DNA from: an uncultured bacterium
GTDB lineage: Bacteria; Chloroflexota; UBA5177; JANWHV01
Reading direction: 5' to 3'
NCBI GenBank assembly: GCA_963827235.1
Contig: CAWHAE010000009.1
Span: 800,001 to 864,000, forward strand
DNA: 64,000 bases
In this document: positions 46,149 to 58,400 of the stretch, piece by piece
Position numbering within the stretch: the stretch's first letter is position 1
Layout: each line of letters starts with the position of its first letter
The notes under the pieces: generated by a model
Told to the model about the DNA's origin: nothing
Seen by the model: only the letters and a program-made list of their open reading frames with translations
Database searches by the model: none
Translations under genes and position numbers: made by a program

Positions 46149-47111
46149 ATGAGCACGGTCACTGCGCAGACCAGCCTTGAAATCTGCGATCTGCGCAAAG
46201 TCTACGGCAAGGGGGTTATTGCCAACGACGGTATCTCGCTGCACGTGGCGCCGGGCGAGGTGTACGGCTTGCTCGGCCCCAATGGTGCCGGCAAGTCGAC
46301 GTTGGTCAAGCAGATCATCGGTCTGCTCAAGCCTACCTCGGGCACCATTCGGCTGGGCTCCTACGATCTGGTCCGCTATCCGGCGGTGGCGCGGCAGCTC
46401 TGCTCGTACCTGCCGCAGGCGCAGATGCCGATCGAGTCTCTCAAGGTGCGCGAGGCGATTCAGATCACGGGGCTGATCCGCGGCGGCCCGCGCGAGCTGG
46501 TAAAGCAACGCACGGACGAGCTGATCGATGCTCTCGAGCTGGGCGAATGGCGCGGCGCAATCGGCATGAAGCTATCCGGCGGCGTGCGCAGGTTGGTGGG
46601 CTTCGCCATGGTCACCGTGTATCCGGGAAGCCTGGTGATCCTGGACGAGCCCACCAATGACGTCGATCCGTTGCGGCGGCGCCTGCTCTGGGAACAGGTA
46701 CGGCGGCTGGCGGACGGCGGCGTGGCGGTGGCCCTGGTGACCCACAACGTGTTGGAGGCCGAAAAAGCCGTAGACCGGCTTGCCATCATCGACAACGGCC
46801 GCATGATTGCGGAAGGCACGCCGTCGTCGCTCAAGGCAGACGCGCGCGGCCGGCTCCGTCTGCAGGTGATGCTGGTGCCGGGCACCACCACCCCGGAGCT
46901 GCCGCCATTCGTCGAGCGCCAGGCACGCGTGGGCAATAATCTGGTGGCGGTCATCTCCGACGGCGACGCTGCTCCAGGCATTGCATGGGCCCAGGAACTG
47001 GTGGACGCGGGTACTGCGGAGGAGTATGCCCTGGGCGCGACGACCCTGGAAGACGTGTACGTCCGCCTGACGGGCCACGGCTCGCTCGACAGCGTGAAGC
47101 CGAGCGTCTGA
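46149..47111 (+). CDS. ABC exporter ATP-binding protein (DrrA-like)
   Basis: GPNGAGKST, LSGG, LDEPT, VTHN, LEDVY. Confidence 0.92.
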   Translation: MSTVTAQTSLEICDLRKVYGKGVIANDGISLHVAPGEVYGLLGPNGAGKSTLVKQIIGLLKPTSGTIRLGSYDLVRYPAVARQLCSYLPQAQMPIESLKVREAIQITGLIRGGPRELVKQRTDELIDALELGEWRGAIGMKLSGGVRRLVGFAMVTVYPGSLVILDEPTNDVDPLRRRLLWEQVRRLADGGVAVALVTHNVLEAEKAVDRLAIIDNGRMIAEGTPSSLKADARGRLRLQVMLVPGTTTPELPPFVERQARVGNNLVAVISDGDAAPGIAWAQELVDAGTAEEYALGATTLEDVYVRLTGHGSLDSVKPSV

Positions 47112-47920
47112 TGGAGAGTGCGGCGGGCGCGAGGGTGTGGTCCCCGATACCGGTGATGGCGCAACCGCGCGAGGGGCCGGCGTACTGGGGACGATCCTAC
47201 CTGGCAATGCTTCGCTGGCAGTTTGCCAGCATGCGCGTCTTGCTGGCGGTGATCGTGCTCGTGCAGATTCTGACCGGCGTGGGCCTGGTGCTGAGCTTCG
47301 GCTTGTTCTTTCCCACCCATATTCCGGTTGCCGCCGCGCTCTACGTCAGCACGGGCGCTCCCATCATCAACCTCTACGTCGTGGGGCTCGTCGTAGGCCC
47401 TCAGGTCGTGGCCCAGCAGCGGTTTTCGCATACCTACGACTACGTGCAGTCCATGCCCGTACCGGCGGCGGTAGCGGCGCTGGCCTGGTACACCGTTACG
47501 CTGTTTATGGGGCTGCCGGCTATGGTCGCCAGTCTTTTGGTCGCCGTCATTCGCTATCCCATCCACCTCACCGTTTCGCTCTCCATCGTTCCCGCCGTGC
47601 TGCTCATCTGTGCTACGGCCACGTTTACGGGCTCAGCGCTGGCCTACGCCGTGCAGCAGCCGATGATCACGCAGGTTCTCACGCAGGTCCTCAACGTGTT
47701 CGTGATCGGCTTTTCGCCCGTTTGCTTCCCCAGCGCGCAGCTCCCGGATTGGCTCGCCAGGCTGAATACTGTGCTGCCGTTCGCGCACATGGCTACCGTC
47801 ATGCACGGTGCCCTGGCGCCCACACTGGCGGATGATGTTGGACGCTCGTACCTGGTGCTCGTGGCCTGGACGATAGTCACCGCCGCGATCGCCGGCCTGT
47901 CTATGTTGAAGCGGGGATGA
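47111..47920 (+). CDS. ABC-2 type permease
   Basis: About six TMs, FSPVCFP..QLPDWL; TGATG coupling to the ATPase. Confidence 0.85.
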   Translation: MESAAGARVWSPIPVMAQPREGPAYWGRSYLAMLRWQFASMRVLLAVIVLVQILTGVGLVLSFGLFFPTHIPVAAALYVSTGAPIINLYVVGLVVGPQVVAQQRFSHTYDYVQSMPVPAAVAALAWYTVTLFMGLPAMVASLLVAVIRYPIHLTVSLSIVPAVLLICATATFTGSALAYAVQQPMITQVLTQVLNVFVIGFSPVCFPSAQLPDWLARLNTVLPFAHMATVMHGALAPTLADDVGRSYLVLVAWTIVTAAIAGLSMLKRG

Positions 47921-47923
47921 GCC

Positions 47924-48736
47924 ATGCCGATTGATCCGAGCGCGACGGAAGGGCGGACGGCTGCGCTCGCGATCGATCGCTGGCCCGGCAATACGCCTTC
48001 CTGGTACCTGCGCAGCTATCTCCAGATGCTGCGTTTTGACTTTGCCAGTCAGCGCGCCTGGCTGCCGTTCACCGCGATCATGCAGATCCTGCTGGGCGCC
48101 GGCATGGCCGTGGTGTACGGCTTCTACGTGCCACACCTGCCAAAGCGGTCTCTGTTGTACCTGGTGACGGGCGCTCCGACGCTGGCTCTGATCCCGGTCG
48201 GACTGGTAATGGTCCCTGCCCTGGTGAGTCAGCAGAAGACAGAGGGCATGTTCGACTTCATCTGGTCGCTGCCGGTGTCGCGTGTCGTCTCGACGGCTTC
48301 CTCGCTTACCATCTTCACTCTGGTGGCCTTGCCGGGCAGCTGTGTGACCGTCGTGCTTGCCGCCTGGCGCTACCAGGTCAACCTATCGATCTCGCCGTCC
48401 GTGGTGCCGGCGGTGCTGCTCACGGCGCTCATGTCGGCGTCCGTGGGCACCGGGCTGGCACACGGCATCAACAATCCCGTGGTCACGAACCTGATTACCA
48501 ACGCGCTCGTCTTCGTCGTCCTGCTCTTTTCGCCGATAGCCTTCCCCAGGTCGCAGTTTCCAACCTGGCTGGCCGACGTGCACGAAGTGTTGCCGCTCTA
48601 TCACATGGGCGTGGTGATCAGAGCCGGTCTGTCCAACGGCCTCGTCTCCGACGTGTGGCTGTCCTATCTGGTACTCGTGGCCTGGACATGCGCAGGCTGG
48701 TCGGTCACCGCCCTGATCGTCGGCCGGCGCGGTTAA
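47924..48736 (+). CDS. ABC-2 type permease (paralogue of the upstream gene)
   Basis: About six TMs, FSPIAFP..QFPTWL, SYLVLVAWT shared with the upstream permease. Confidence 0.85.
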   Translation: MPIDPSATEGRTAALAIDRWPGNTPSWYLRSYLQMLRFDFASQRAWLPFTAIMQILLGAGMAVVYGFYVPHLPKRSLLYLVTGAPTLALIPVGLVMVPALVSQQKTEGMFDFIWSLPVSRVVSTASSLTIFTLVALPGSCVTVVLAAWRYQVNLSISPSVVPAVLLTALMSASVGTGLAHGINNPVVTNLITNALVFVVLLFSPIAFPRSQFPTWLADVHEVLPLYHMGVVIRAGLSNGLVSDVWLSYLVLVAWTCAGWSVTALIVGRRG

Positions 48737-48751
48737 GGCGTCGTGGCGATC

Positions 48752-49531
48752 TCACCCGGCATGCAGATGGGTGACATCCAGCTCGCAGAGCAGCAGGTCT
48801 GCTCTGTTGGTCGGTCCTTGCAGGACTTTCTGACCGTGCGGTCCAAACACGAGGCTGTCTCCCTGCAGGACCTTGCCCTTCCAGGGACCTTCGGTGACCG
48901 GTCCCACACCGTTGGCCGCGACAAGGTACAGGGATTTCTCCAGCGTGTGCGATCGGTAGATCTGGCTGATCCACTCCACGTTGGCCGCTTCTCCTCCCGG
49001 CTCGATGGCCCAGGCGCAGGGTGAGACCACGATCTGGGCACCCATCAGATACAGGCTTTCGACCAGATGGGGCGTCCAGCTATCCGCACAGATGTCTATC
49101 CCCACGGTGAGACCTTCGAGATCGACCACGTGCAGCGATCTGCCCCTGCTATAGATCTGGAGTCCTACCGGCAGCTCGTTGATCTTGCGATGCTTGAGGA
49201 CGATGCTGCCGCCACGATCGATCAGCACGGCGCTATTGTAGAGTGTGTCGCCTTCTCGTTCCTCTATCCCTGCCACGATGGCCAGGTGATACCGGCGGGC
49301 AAGGTGGCCGAGCGATTTGGTTACGGCACCCGGGATGGGCTCGGCTTCGCTCGAAGCGGCGGGAGAGAGCCAGCCCGCGAGCGCGCATTCCGGCAGGACG
49401 ATGAGGTCGCATTGTGCCGCGGCGGCAGATTCGACTGCCTGCTCCATGGCGCGAATATTGGCCGTCTTGTCACCCATCGCGATCGAGATCTGGCCGAGGG
49501 CAACCCGTAACGAACGGTGTATGCGAGACAT
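48752..49531 (-). CDS. Carbon-nitrogen hydrolase (nitrilase superfamily)
   Basis: E-K-C triad: LPEC, HRK, DICAD; YNSAVLI. Confidence 0.9.
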   Translation of the reverse strand: MSRIHRSLRVALGQISIAMGDKTANIRAMEQAVESAAAAQCDLIVLPECALAGWLSPAASSEAEPIPGAVTKSLGHLARRYHLAIVAGIEEREGDTLYNSAVLIDRGGSIVLKHRKINELPVGLQIYSRGRSLHVVDLEGLTVGIDICADSWTPHLVESLYLMGAQIVVSPCAWAIEPGGEAANVEWISQIYRSHTLEKSLYLVAANGVGPVTEGPWKGKVLQGDSLVFGPHGQKVLQGPTNRADLLLCELDVTHLHAG

Positions 49532-49572
49532 CGCCTGCCTCCTTCCGGGTCTTCCTGTCCCCCGCAGAGACG

Positions 49573-51108
49573 CTATGCCTTATCCAGCACTCCGTCCAAG
49601 CTTGGCAGCTGCAGCCGGAACGTGCTGCCGTCGGATCCCGTCTTCTCCAGATCGATATTGCCGCCCATGGCCACGGCAAGCTCGCGCGAGATATAAAGCC
49701 CTAGCCCGGTGCCAACCCTGCCGGCCCGCATCCTGCTGCCGGCAACGCGGCCAAACCGCGTGAAAAGACGCTCGCGGCCGTCCTCGGGCACTCCGGGTCC
49801 GTGATCGCGAATCCGCACGGCGACCAGAGCGCCCTCCTGCCGCCACGAAATGGAGATTGGCCCGCCGTCGGGCGAGTACTTCGCCGCGTTGTCGATCACG
49901 TTGGCAAGTATCTGAATGACGCGGGCCTGGTCGGCGCACACCGATAGATCGGAGGGCCCCTGCAGGTCCACAACCTGGCCGGCATAGTAGCCGATCACCT
50001 CGTCGGCCGCTCGGTGCACCAGCGGAGCGAGCAGTAGGGGCTGGCAATCTACCAGGAGGGGCTCGTAGTCCAGCCTCGTGAGCAGTAACAGATCCTCGAC
50101 CAGGCGTTGCTGACGACTGGCGGCACGGACGATGCAGGCGACCCAGCCCAGGCGCTGCCTATCTTCCAGGCCGGGCCACCGGGCCTGGAGAAGCTCGGCG
50201 TATCCCAGGATCGAGGTGAGCGGTGTTCGCAGCTCGTGGCTGACCGCCATCACGAAGTCCCTCTGCCGCTGCGCTAGCTCCTCGGCTGCGCTCGCCCTGT
50301 CCTTCTCGGCGAGGTAGAGCCGTTCGTGCAGCTCGGCCAACGTGCGCTCGGCGAGACGTTGTCCGGTCCTGTCGTCGACGAGGGCGATCACGTAGTCGCG
50401 CTCGCCGCGCATGTCGTGAGCAAGCGACAGGCTGACCTGGCAGATTCGCGCGCCGGCTGAGGTCGCGATCGTCACCTCCCGGCTGATCTCGGCAGTCCGC
50501 GCCTCGGACACCGACCGCAGGTCATCGGCGGAGACCTGGTCGACCCAATGCGTGAACGGCCTCGTGCAAAGCTCTGCCTCACCGCGGCCGAGCAGATCCT
50601 GCATTCGCGAGTTTGCGCGTAGTACCGATCCGTCGTCGACCGCCAGGTGGGCCATGCCGATGCCCGCCTGCTCAAAGGCGCCGCGGAACCGTCGCTCGCT
50701 TTCGATCAGATTTCGCCGGCTGAGGCAGCTTTCCAGGGCATTGCGCAAAGTGAGGCGAACTTCGGCCTCGCTCCATGGCTTGCGAAAGTAGTAATAGATC
50801 TTGCCGAGGTTGACTGCGGCGACCACGGCGTCTATGTCCGCGTAACCAGTGAGGATCATGCGCATGGTATCCGGATACTCGACGGCAACCCGCTCGAGAA
50901 ATTCGACGCCGCTTTGTCCCGGCATGCGTTGATCGGAGACGATCAGGGGGATGTCCCGGCTGCGCAGGAGCGCATAGGCATCTTCGGTATTCTCGGCGAT
51001 CAGCACGTCGTACGTATCGCGCAACAGTGCCCGAAATGCGATCAGGTTCGGGCGCTCGTCGTCGACGTAGAGCACCTTCGGCTTGACGCTGGATCTCGCC
51101 TGAGTCAC
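49573..51108 (-). CDS. Hybrid sensor kinase REC-PAS-HisKA-HATPase
   Basis: YVDDE, SDQRMP, KPW; FEQAGIGM PAS; SHELRTPL, NAAKY, DHGPG, GTGLGL. Confidence 0.92.
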   Translation of the reverse strand: MTQARSSVKPKVLYVDDERPNLIAFRALLRDTYDVLIAENTEDAYALLRSRDIPLIVSDQRMPGQSGVEFLERVAVEYPDTMRMILTGYADIDAVVAAVNLGKIYYYFRKPWSEAEVRLTLRNALESCLSRRNLIESERRFRGAFEQAGIGMAHLAVDDGSVLRANSRMQDLLGRGEAELCTRPFTHWVDQVSADDLRSVSEARTAEISREVTIATSAGARICQVSLSLAHDMRGERDYVIALVDDRTGQRLAERTLAELHERLYLAEKDRASAAEELAQRQRDFVMAVSHELRTPLTSILGYAELLQARWPGLEDRQRLGWVACIVRAASRQQRLVEDLLLLTRLDYEPLLVDCQPLLLAPLVHRAADEVIGYYAGQVVDLQGPSDLSVCADQARVIQILANVIDNAAKYSPDGGPISISWRQEGALVAVRIRDHGPGVPEDGRERLFTRFGRVAGSRMRAGRVGTGLGLYISRELAVAMGGNIDLEKTGSDGSTFRLQLPSLDGVLDKA

Positions 51109-52406
51109 AGCTCGCCTCCTGTCCCGCTATTCTCGCGCTGAGGCAGGACGATACGAAATACGCTGCCATCCCCCGGCCGGCTTGTTACCTCGATGTGGCC
51201 GCCATGCTCGGCGACGATACCATGAGAGATTGCCAGCCCCAACCCGACCCCCTCGCCTACCTCTTTGGTCGTGAAGAAAGGCTCGAACAACCGCTGCACC
51301 GTCGCTTCATCCATTCCCACCCCGGTGTCGGCAATCTCCACGATAGCACACTGCTGTCCGGATCGGTCTTCCAGGAACGTCGTGACCCGGATCTCGTCCA
51401 ACCCGGGCTTCGGCTGGGCCAGAATGGCATCCCCCGCATTGGCCAGGATATTCATGAACACCTGGTTGAGCTTGCCGGGTTGGCAGAGCCAAGGTGGCAA
51501 ATCACCGTACCTCTTGACGACCCGAATGCGGCTCGAGAAACGGCTGTGCAGCAGCAACAGCGCGGCGTTGAGATTCTGGTGCAAGTCGGTCGGCTTGACT
51601 TCGGCCTCATCCAGACGCGAAAAGCTGCGCAGGCCTTGAACGATTTCGGCGGCCTTGTCAACCCCGAGGTAGGCGTTATCGACCAGCTCGTTCAGCGTCG
51701 TGCGGAGGTCTACTGGGTCGTTTGTGGACAACCACAGGCGAAGTCGCTGGACGACGCGGTCTGCAATCTCGGCGGGAGCGGCCGTACGTTGGATCTCCAG
51801 GCAGTCGGCGATCAGCTCGTCCAGGGGTGCGACCGTCCTTCTCAGAGCCTGCACGCTGGCGGCGACGAAGTTGAGCGGATTATTCAGCTCGTGCGCGACA
51901 CCAGCGGTGAGCACGCCAAGGGCAGCCATTTTCTCCGACTGTACCAGGTGAGTTTGAGCAAGCTTGAGCTGAGACAATGCGCGCGTCAGCGCCTGGTTCT
52001 TTTCTGCCAGAGCGGACTGGCTTCGCGCCAGGGCAAGGTGAGTTTCTACTCGAGCGAGGACTTCTTCGGCCTGGAACGGCTTCGTGATGTAGTCCCGGCC
52101 GCCTTCGCGAAACGCCTGCACCTTATCCGCCATGTCCGTCGCGGCGCTGATGAAGATGATCGGGATCGGCTGCAGGCGCTTGTCGGCCTGGATGGCACGG
52201 CAGACGGCAAAGCCATCCATATCCGGCATACCGATATCCAGCAGCACAACGTCCGGCGGCTGCGCACGAGCGGCAGCCAGCGCCACGGGACCGCTCAGTG
52301 CAGCCCGCACAGTGTGGCCCCGATTGGTCAGCAGACTGTCCAGGAGCTTGAGGTTGGCCGGGTTGTCGTCGACGACGAGGATATCGGCAGACTCAGGCGG
52401 TGTCAT
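51105..52406 (-). CDS. Hybrid kinase REC-HisKA-HATPase (NtrB-type)
   Basis: VVDDN, LLDIGMP, ITKPF; QSEKMAALG, AHELNNPL, FEPFFTTK, GVGLGL. Confidence 0.93.
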   Translation of the reverse strand: MTPPESADILVVDDNPANLKLLDSLLTNRGHTVRAALSGPVALAAARAQPPDVVLLDIGMPDMDGFAVCRAIQADKRLQPIPIIFISAATDMADKVQAFREGGRDYITKPFQAEEVLARVETHLALARSQSALAEKNQALTRALSQLKLAQTHLVQSEKMAALGVLTAGVAHELNNPLNFVAASVQALRRTVAPLDELIADCLEIQRTAAPAEIADRVVQRLRLWLSTNDPVDLRTTLNELVDNAYLGVDKAAEIVQGLRSFSRLDEAEVKPTDLHQNLNAALLLLHSRFSSRIRVVKRYGDLPPWLCQPGKLNQVFMNILANAGDAILAQPKPGLDEIRVTTFLEDRSGQQCAIVEIADTGVGMDEATVQRLFEPFFTTKEVGEGVGLGLAISHGIVAEHGGHIEVTSRPGDGSVFRIVLPQRENSGTGGEL

Positions 52407-55400
52407 AGGCCATCCTTCCGGCCGGTAGCTTCGCTCCCGGCGAGACCGGCCTCTTCTGCATCAGCGGCGAGGATATCCTGGTAGGCGTAGTCACCTGCCT
52501 TTTGCTTCAGCCACTCGGCCAGCGGCGCATCAATCTGCTCCATCTCGGCGATCGCTGCCGCCAGCGCCTTGCGATCCAGCGCGGTGGCAGCGGCACGTAC
52601 GCGCTGTCGAAGTGACTCCGGCGCGGCCGATAGGCTCACCGGCACGCGGCTGAGCCTCTCGGCGATCTCCGCCTCAAAGCTATAGCGCACACCGGCCAGC
52701 CGCGCGATCTCGGTCAGAATCTCGTTCGCCTGGAAGGGTTTGCGAATGAAGCCGTTCGCTCCGCTCTGCAACACACCCGCGACGTCGTCTTCGAGCGTGC
52801 TCGCGGACACGGCGAGGATCGGCACCCGGGTGTCGAGCGCCCGGATCCGGCGCGTCGCTTCGCGTCCGTCGAGCTCGGGCATGACCACGTCCATGAGCAC
52901 GACGTGCGGCCGCACCTCGGCGAAGCGCTCGATCCCTTCCTGCCCCGACGCGGCTTCAAACACGCGGAAGCCAATGCGACTGAGCAGACTCCGCAGCAGG
53001 TCGCGATTCGTTTCACGGTCGTCCACGACCAGCACGCGCACCTCGGGCTGGCCCTGTGCCAGGCCGGTGATTCTGACCGGCTCGACGACGGACACGGCCG
53101 CGGCCTCTGAACGCTGCACGGGCACGCGCAGGGTAAAACAGCTTCCCCTTCCCAGCTGGCTGACGAGGGTCAGCTCGCCGTCCATGAGGGAAGCAAACTC
53201 GTGGCTGATGGATAGGCCCAGTCCGGTACCCTCGCCGGTCATGCGGCCTGCCGAGGTCTGAACGAAGGCCTGGAACACCGAGGCCTGTTCGGCCGGCGCG
53301 ATTCCGGGGCCTGTATCCTCTATTGCCAGGCTGAGCCACGTCCGCTCGTCGCCGGGCTCTGCGTCAGCACGCAGCACCACGCCGCCGGCGGAGGTGAACT
53401 TCACCGCATTACCCAACAAGTTGAGCAGAACCTGTCGAAGGCGGCGCTCATCGGCTTCGACATAGCGCGGCACGGTCGCGGCGATCACAAAGCTCAGCGA
53501 AAGGCCCTTGGCGACGGCACGACCGCGCGTGAGAGTCTCGAGATCGGCGAGCAGTCCCAGGAGGTCGAAAGGCCGTGATTCGAGGCTGAGCCGCCCGGCT
53601 TCCACCTTGGCGAGATCCAGAATATCGTTGATCAGCTCGAGAAGGTGCGCTCCGGAGCGGTGAATCGTCTCCGCGTACTGGAGTATCTCTGCCGGCAGCG
53701 TGCCGTCTCCACGCATGAGCTCGCTGAACCCGATGATCGCGTTGAGCGGCGTGCGGATCTCATGACTCATGTTGGCCAGGAACACCGACTTGGCCCGGTT
53801 GGCGGATCTGGCCTCGTCTCTCGCTATGGTGAGCTCCGCGGTACGAACGCGAACCAATTCCTCGAGTTGCTCCTTGTGCAGCCGCAGCTCGTTGGCGTCA
53901 CTCACGCGCTGCGTGACATCCAGATTGGCACCTACAAGCCTGACCGCGTGTCCGTCGGCGCCACGAATGCATCCCGCCGCGGCATAGACGTGCCGGATTG
54001 AGCCGTCACCGCGCACGATGCGGAATTCGTACGGGCTTTGGGTGCTGCCGTCGACGACGTTTTGCAGCGCCTGCAGCACGTGAGGCAGATCCTCGGGATG
54101 CACCATCTCTTGCCACTGCTCATGCTGTAGGGTCTCGGCGTGCGGGATCGCGTACAGCGCGAACATGCGGTCATCCCACAGTGTCAGGTCGGAGCGCAGA
54201 TCCCATTCCCACACGCCGATGGATGCTACTTGCGTGGCGAGCGAGAGATTTTCGTTCAGCGTCACCAGTCGCTCTTCGATGCGCTTGCGCTCGGCCAGCT
54301 CATCCTGTGAACGACGAAACAGCTCAGCATTTTCGATGGCGATGGCGATGTGCGTGGCCAATGCCTGGAGAACTCGCACCCGCTCTTGCGTGAACGCTCC
54401 ACCGACCAGCCGGTTCTCGAGGTACAGCAGGCCCGTGAAGCGGCCCCCGCGCGTAATGGGAATGCACAGGATGGACTGCGGCCGCTCCCGGCGAATGTAC
54501 GGCTCCTGCGAAAACTGCGGATCTCGATGCGCGTCGTTGAGGAGCACCGTCTCGCCGGTACGTCGAGCAAGGTAGAGGATCTGGCGAGGCAGATCGACCT
54601 CAGCCGGGTCGGGCAGCGGGACCGCGCGGGCGCCGCTCTGGTCGACGTCGCTGGCGCCGATGGCCGTGAGCCGATCGCCCTCGGAAGCACGCAGCAATAC
54701 CGCGCGGCCGGCTCCGGCGGTAGTGAGCACGATCTGCATCACTTTTGGCACCAGACTGTCCAGATCCAGCTCACCGGCCAGCACCTGAGATGCCTGCATG
54801 ACGGCTTCGAGGTCGAAGATACCGGGCTCCGGCAGCACCTCAGGATCCTGCCGGCGTCGCGGCTGGCTCCCTCCGGCAGTCTCCCGGCACAGTGCCGAGG
54901 CTCCCCAGGCAGCGAACATGCCGTACGCTTTGCGCTCGTACGCTTCCGCCGCCACCGGTATGCCGCGCCTCCGGTAGAAGCGGGCCGCGCACTGGCACGC
55001 GAAGGCGAGATGCCAGGGCCTCACCTGCTGTTCGGCTAGCGCGATGCACTCCTCAAATGCCATCGCGGCTTCCTCAAACCCGCCGTCGGCTTGCCGCTGG
55101 GCCTCCACGAGCTTGAAGAGATGCAGGAAGTTCGCCGGGGCGTCCAGGGCTCGTTCCGATAGCCACAACTGGTTGGCGGCGATCTGCTCGGATAGCGACG
55201 CGTTTTCGCCGTCCGCTAAGGCGACTTCTTGCATGCGGCGGCACAGACAGTATGAGTGCAAGAAGCAGTGCAGCGCGGTGGGATAGAAACCGGCAATGTA
55301 GGGTAGAAGGGTTCGCGCCTGCTCCACGAGGTCCAGGCAGATCGACCACTGGTCGAACAGGGCTGCTGCAAGGCCCCGATAGATCAGGTAGTAGGCTCTC

Positions 55401-58400
55401 GCCATGCCGTTCTGCTTCACGGTACGCAGGTGTTCGAGTTCGTCGAACTCTTCGTCGTCGAAGCTCCCGGGTGCCGTGGTCTTGCCGCGCAACGCGCGCG
55501 TCAACTGCCGAAAGGCCAGCGCGATCGAACACGCGTGCCAGTTTTCGTAGTGCAGGCCCAGGGCGAGTGCTTCAGCGGTTTCATCCTCGAGACTGGCGAG
55601 CGTCGCGGCGGTATCGAGCAGGGCTGCCTGCGGCGCGAAGGTAGCGTAGCAGGCGAACTCGTGGTCGAAGTGATCGAGCAGGACGGCACGAGCCCGGTGA
55701 GCGTACGCGATGTCTTCCTGCAACGGCCGAGACCAGTGGCAGATCGCCAGACCGTACAGGTGATACTGGCGTCCCGTGTCGGAAGAGGGCGGTAGGTCGT
55801 CGGTGACCGGGAGGGCTCGCTCGGCCAGTCGCCGCGGGGTCAGGTAATCGTCCCGTAGCGAGACCAGGGCTATGAAGGCAGAGTATGCCGTGGTAAGCGA
55901 TACCTCGCTCCAGCCGTGTGCGAAAGCGCGGTTCGTCATGTGTAGGGTGAGGGCAAAGGCAATGTGCGGCATGTAGAACAGCGCCGGCGCGCGTATCCTG
56001 CTCATGACCTTGTTCGCGGCTTGCGCTATGGGATCTCGCGTCCCCGACAGCTCGAGCGGTCTGTCCAGAATCCCGGCCGCAATCCAGGTGTCGAGCTGCG
56101 CCAGCTCCGAGGCCAGCGTCGTCTCGAGATTCTCCGTATCGATGTGGTAGCCAAGCTGGTCGAGAAAGCGCAAGCCGAGCGCGACGCCCTCGCCGAAACG
56201 CGTGCGATTAGACAGGCTCATGGCCTGCAGGCACACGGTGTCGGTCCGGCCGAGCACGTCGATCGGCAGGGCTTCGTACCTCGCGTACACGGGATCGGCT
56301 TCGTCCAGACGGCCGAGTCCGTACAGAGAGGTATGAAGAACGGAGAGGCATTCAGCCTGCATTGCCACGTCCCAGGCACCTGCATCCAGAAGCTCGAGAG
56401 CGGACGACGCAAACCGATGCGCTGCCGTATACGTGCTGCCATGGATCGCGTTTCGCGCTGCCGTGAGCAGCAGGCCGGCAATGTGGCGACGCTCTGCGGC
56501 ATCGTCTGCCGCGGCCAGGCCGGCGATATAGTGCTCAACCACTGCCAGCAGTTGGTCCGGTGTGCGGACCACCCCGGTCGCCTCGAGACGCCTGGCAATG
56601 CGCAGGTGAAAGTTGCCGAGCGCGGACTCGGGAAGCAACGTGCGCGCGGCCTGCTGCACCCGGTCGTGACTGAAGACGAACGCCACATCCTCGACCCGGT
56701 CGCCCGAGGCGACTCGGTGGAGAAAGCCCTTGGTAACCAGCGTGGCCAGGCTCGCGGCTGCTGAGTCGAGATCTGTACCGGCAAGCGACGCCACCAGGCT
56801 GGGATCGAAGCTGTTGCCGACACATGCCGCTACGCCGATCAGATGCTGCTGATCGACCGGCAGAGTGTGCAGCCGGCCGACCAGCAGGTGCACGACGTTG
56901 TCCGCAAGGCTAACCCTTTGGCCGATCGCCTCCGGGTCCCAGTGCCAGCGGCCGTCGGCTGTCTCGAAGGTGAGGAGCCGTTCGGCCTCCAGGGCATGCA
57001 GTAGCTGGCGCACGAACAGCGGATTGCCTCCGGTTGCTCGCACGAGATGCGCGGCCAGCTCGCGCGCGGACTCGGCACTGCAGTGCAGGCTGTCCGCTAC
57101 CAGCTGGGTCGTGTCTTCCTCGGCAAGCCCGCTGAGCGCCAAGCGGCGGATCGTCGTGCCGCGGTGTTCGAGGCGTGAGAACGCCATCAGTGCCGGGTGA
57201 GCTGCATCGACTTCATTGTCGCGATAGGCGCCGATGATCAGGAGAGCTCCGATATCGACCTCGCTGAGGAGCATTTCGACCAGCTCGAGGGAGAGCGGGT
57301 CCATCCACTGCAGGTCGTCGAGAAAGAGGACCAGAGGGTGCGCGGGCCTTGCCACGACGCGGATGATCTGGAGGAAGGCGTGGCGAAAACGCGCCTTGCC
57401 ATCACCGACGTCCCAATCGGCCACTGCCCCTGGCAGACCGAGTAACAAGCCGAGCTCCGGAAGCGCCTCTACGAGGATCGCTGCTTGCGGGCCCAGGGCC
57501 GATGCGAAGTCCTTTCTCCACTCCGTCAGCTCTGCTTCGGGAAGTGAGATGACGTGCCGCAGCAGTCGGCGAAGACTGGAGGCCATTTGGCCGGATGGCG
57601 TGTCGCGGCGGTACTGGTCGAACTTGCATTCGGCGAATATGCCGCCGTAGGCCGTGATCGGTCCCTGAATCTCGTGTGCGAGCATGCTCTTGCCGACTCC
57701 GGCGTAGCCTGCCAAGAGCAACAGCTCCGTGCGCCCGGTGGATACTTCGGCGCTTGCGGCAAGCAGCTCGTTCAGCTCGCGCGCCCGCCCGTAGAGCTTC
57801 TCGGGAACCGTCAGCGTGGAGGAATAATCGCCCTGCCCGAGAGCGAAATCCGCGATATAGCCGACCCGGGACAGACTGTGCCGGCATCGCTCGAGGTCCG
57901 CCGCCAGGCCTGCCGCCGATTGATAGCGGTCGGCGGCGTTCTTCGCCAGCAGCTTTAGCACGATATGGGACAGGGCTACCGGCACGTCCGGTCGAAGCAA
58001 GTGGGGCGGCTGCGGCAGGCGCGCGATATGGCTGTAGATGAGCTCGTGCGCATCGCCGGCCGTGAAAGGCGGCCGGCCGGTTAGCATCTCGTAGAAGGTG
58101 ACGCCGAGCGAGTACAGGTCCGTGCGCCAATCGACCGTGCGATTTATACGGCCGGTCTGCTCGGGCGAGATGTAGGCCAGCCATCCTTTGACGATGCCCG
58201 GCTCCAGGTAGGAGCGCTTCTCCCGCGAGAGAATGCTTGCCTTACCGAAATCCACGATCTCGGTGGCGCCTGTTTCGGGATTGTGCACGATATTCTCGGG
58301 CATAATCTCGTGATGCACGACGCTCGCCCCATGAATCGCGGCGCAGACCCGGGCTACCTTGAGGGCCAAGTCGACGAACTCGAGGATGGCATAGGGCGGT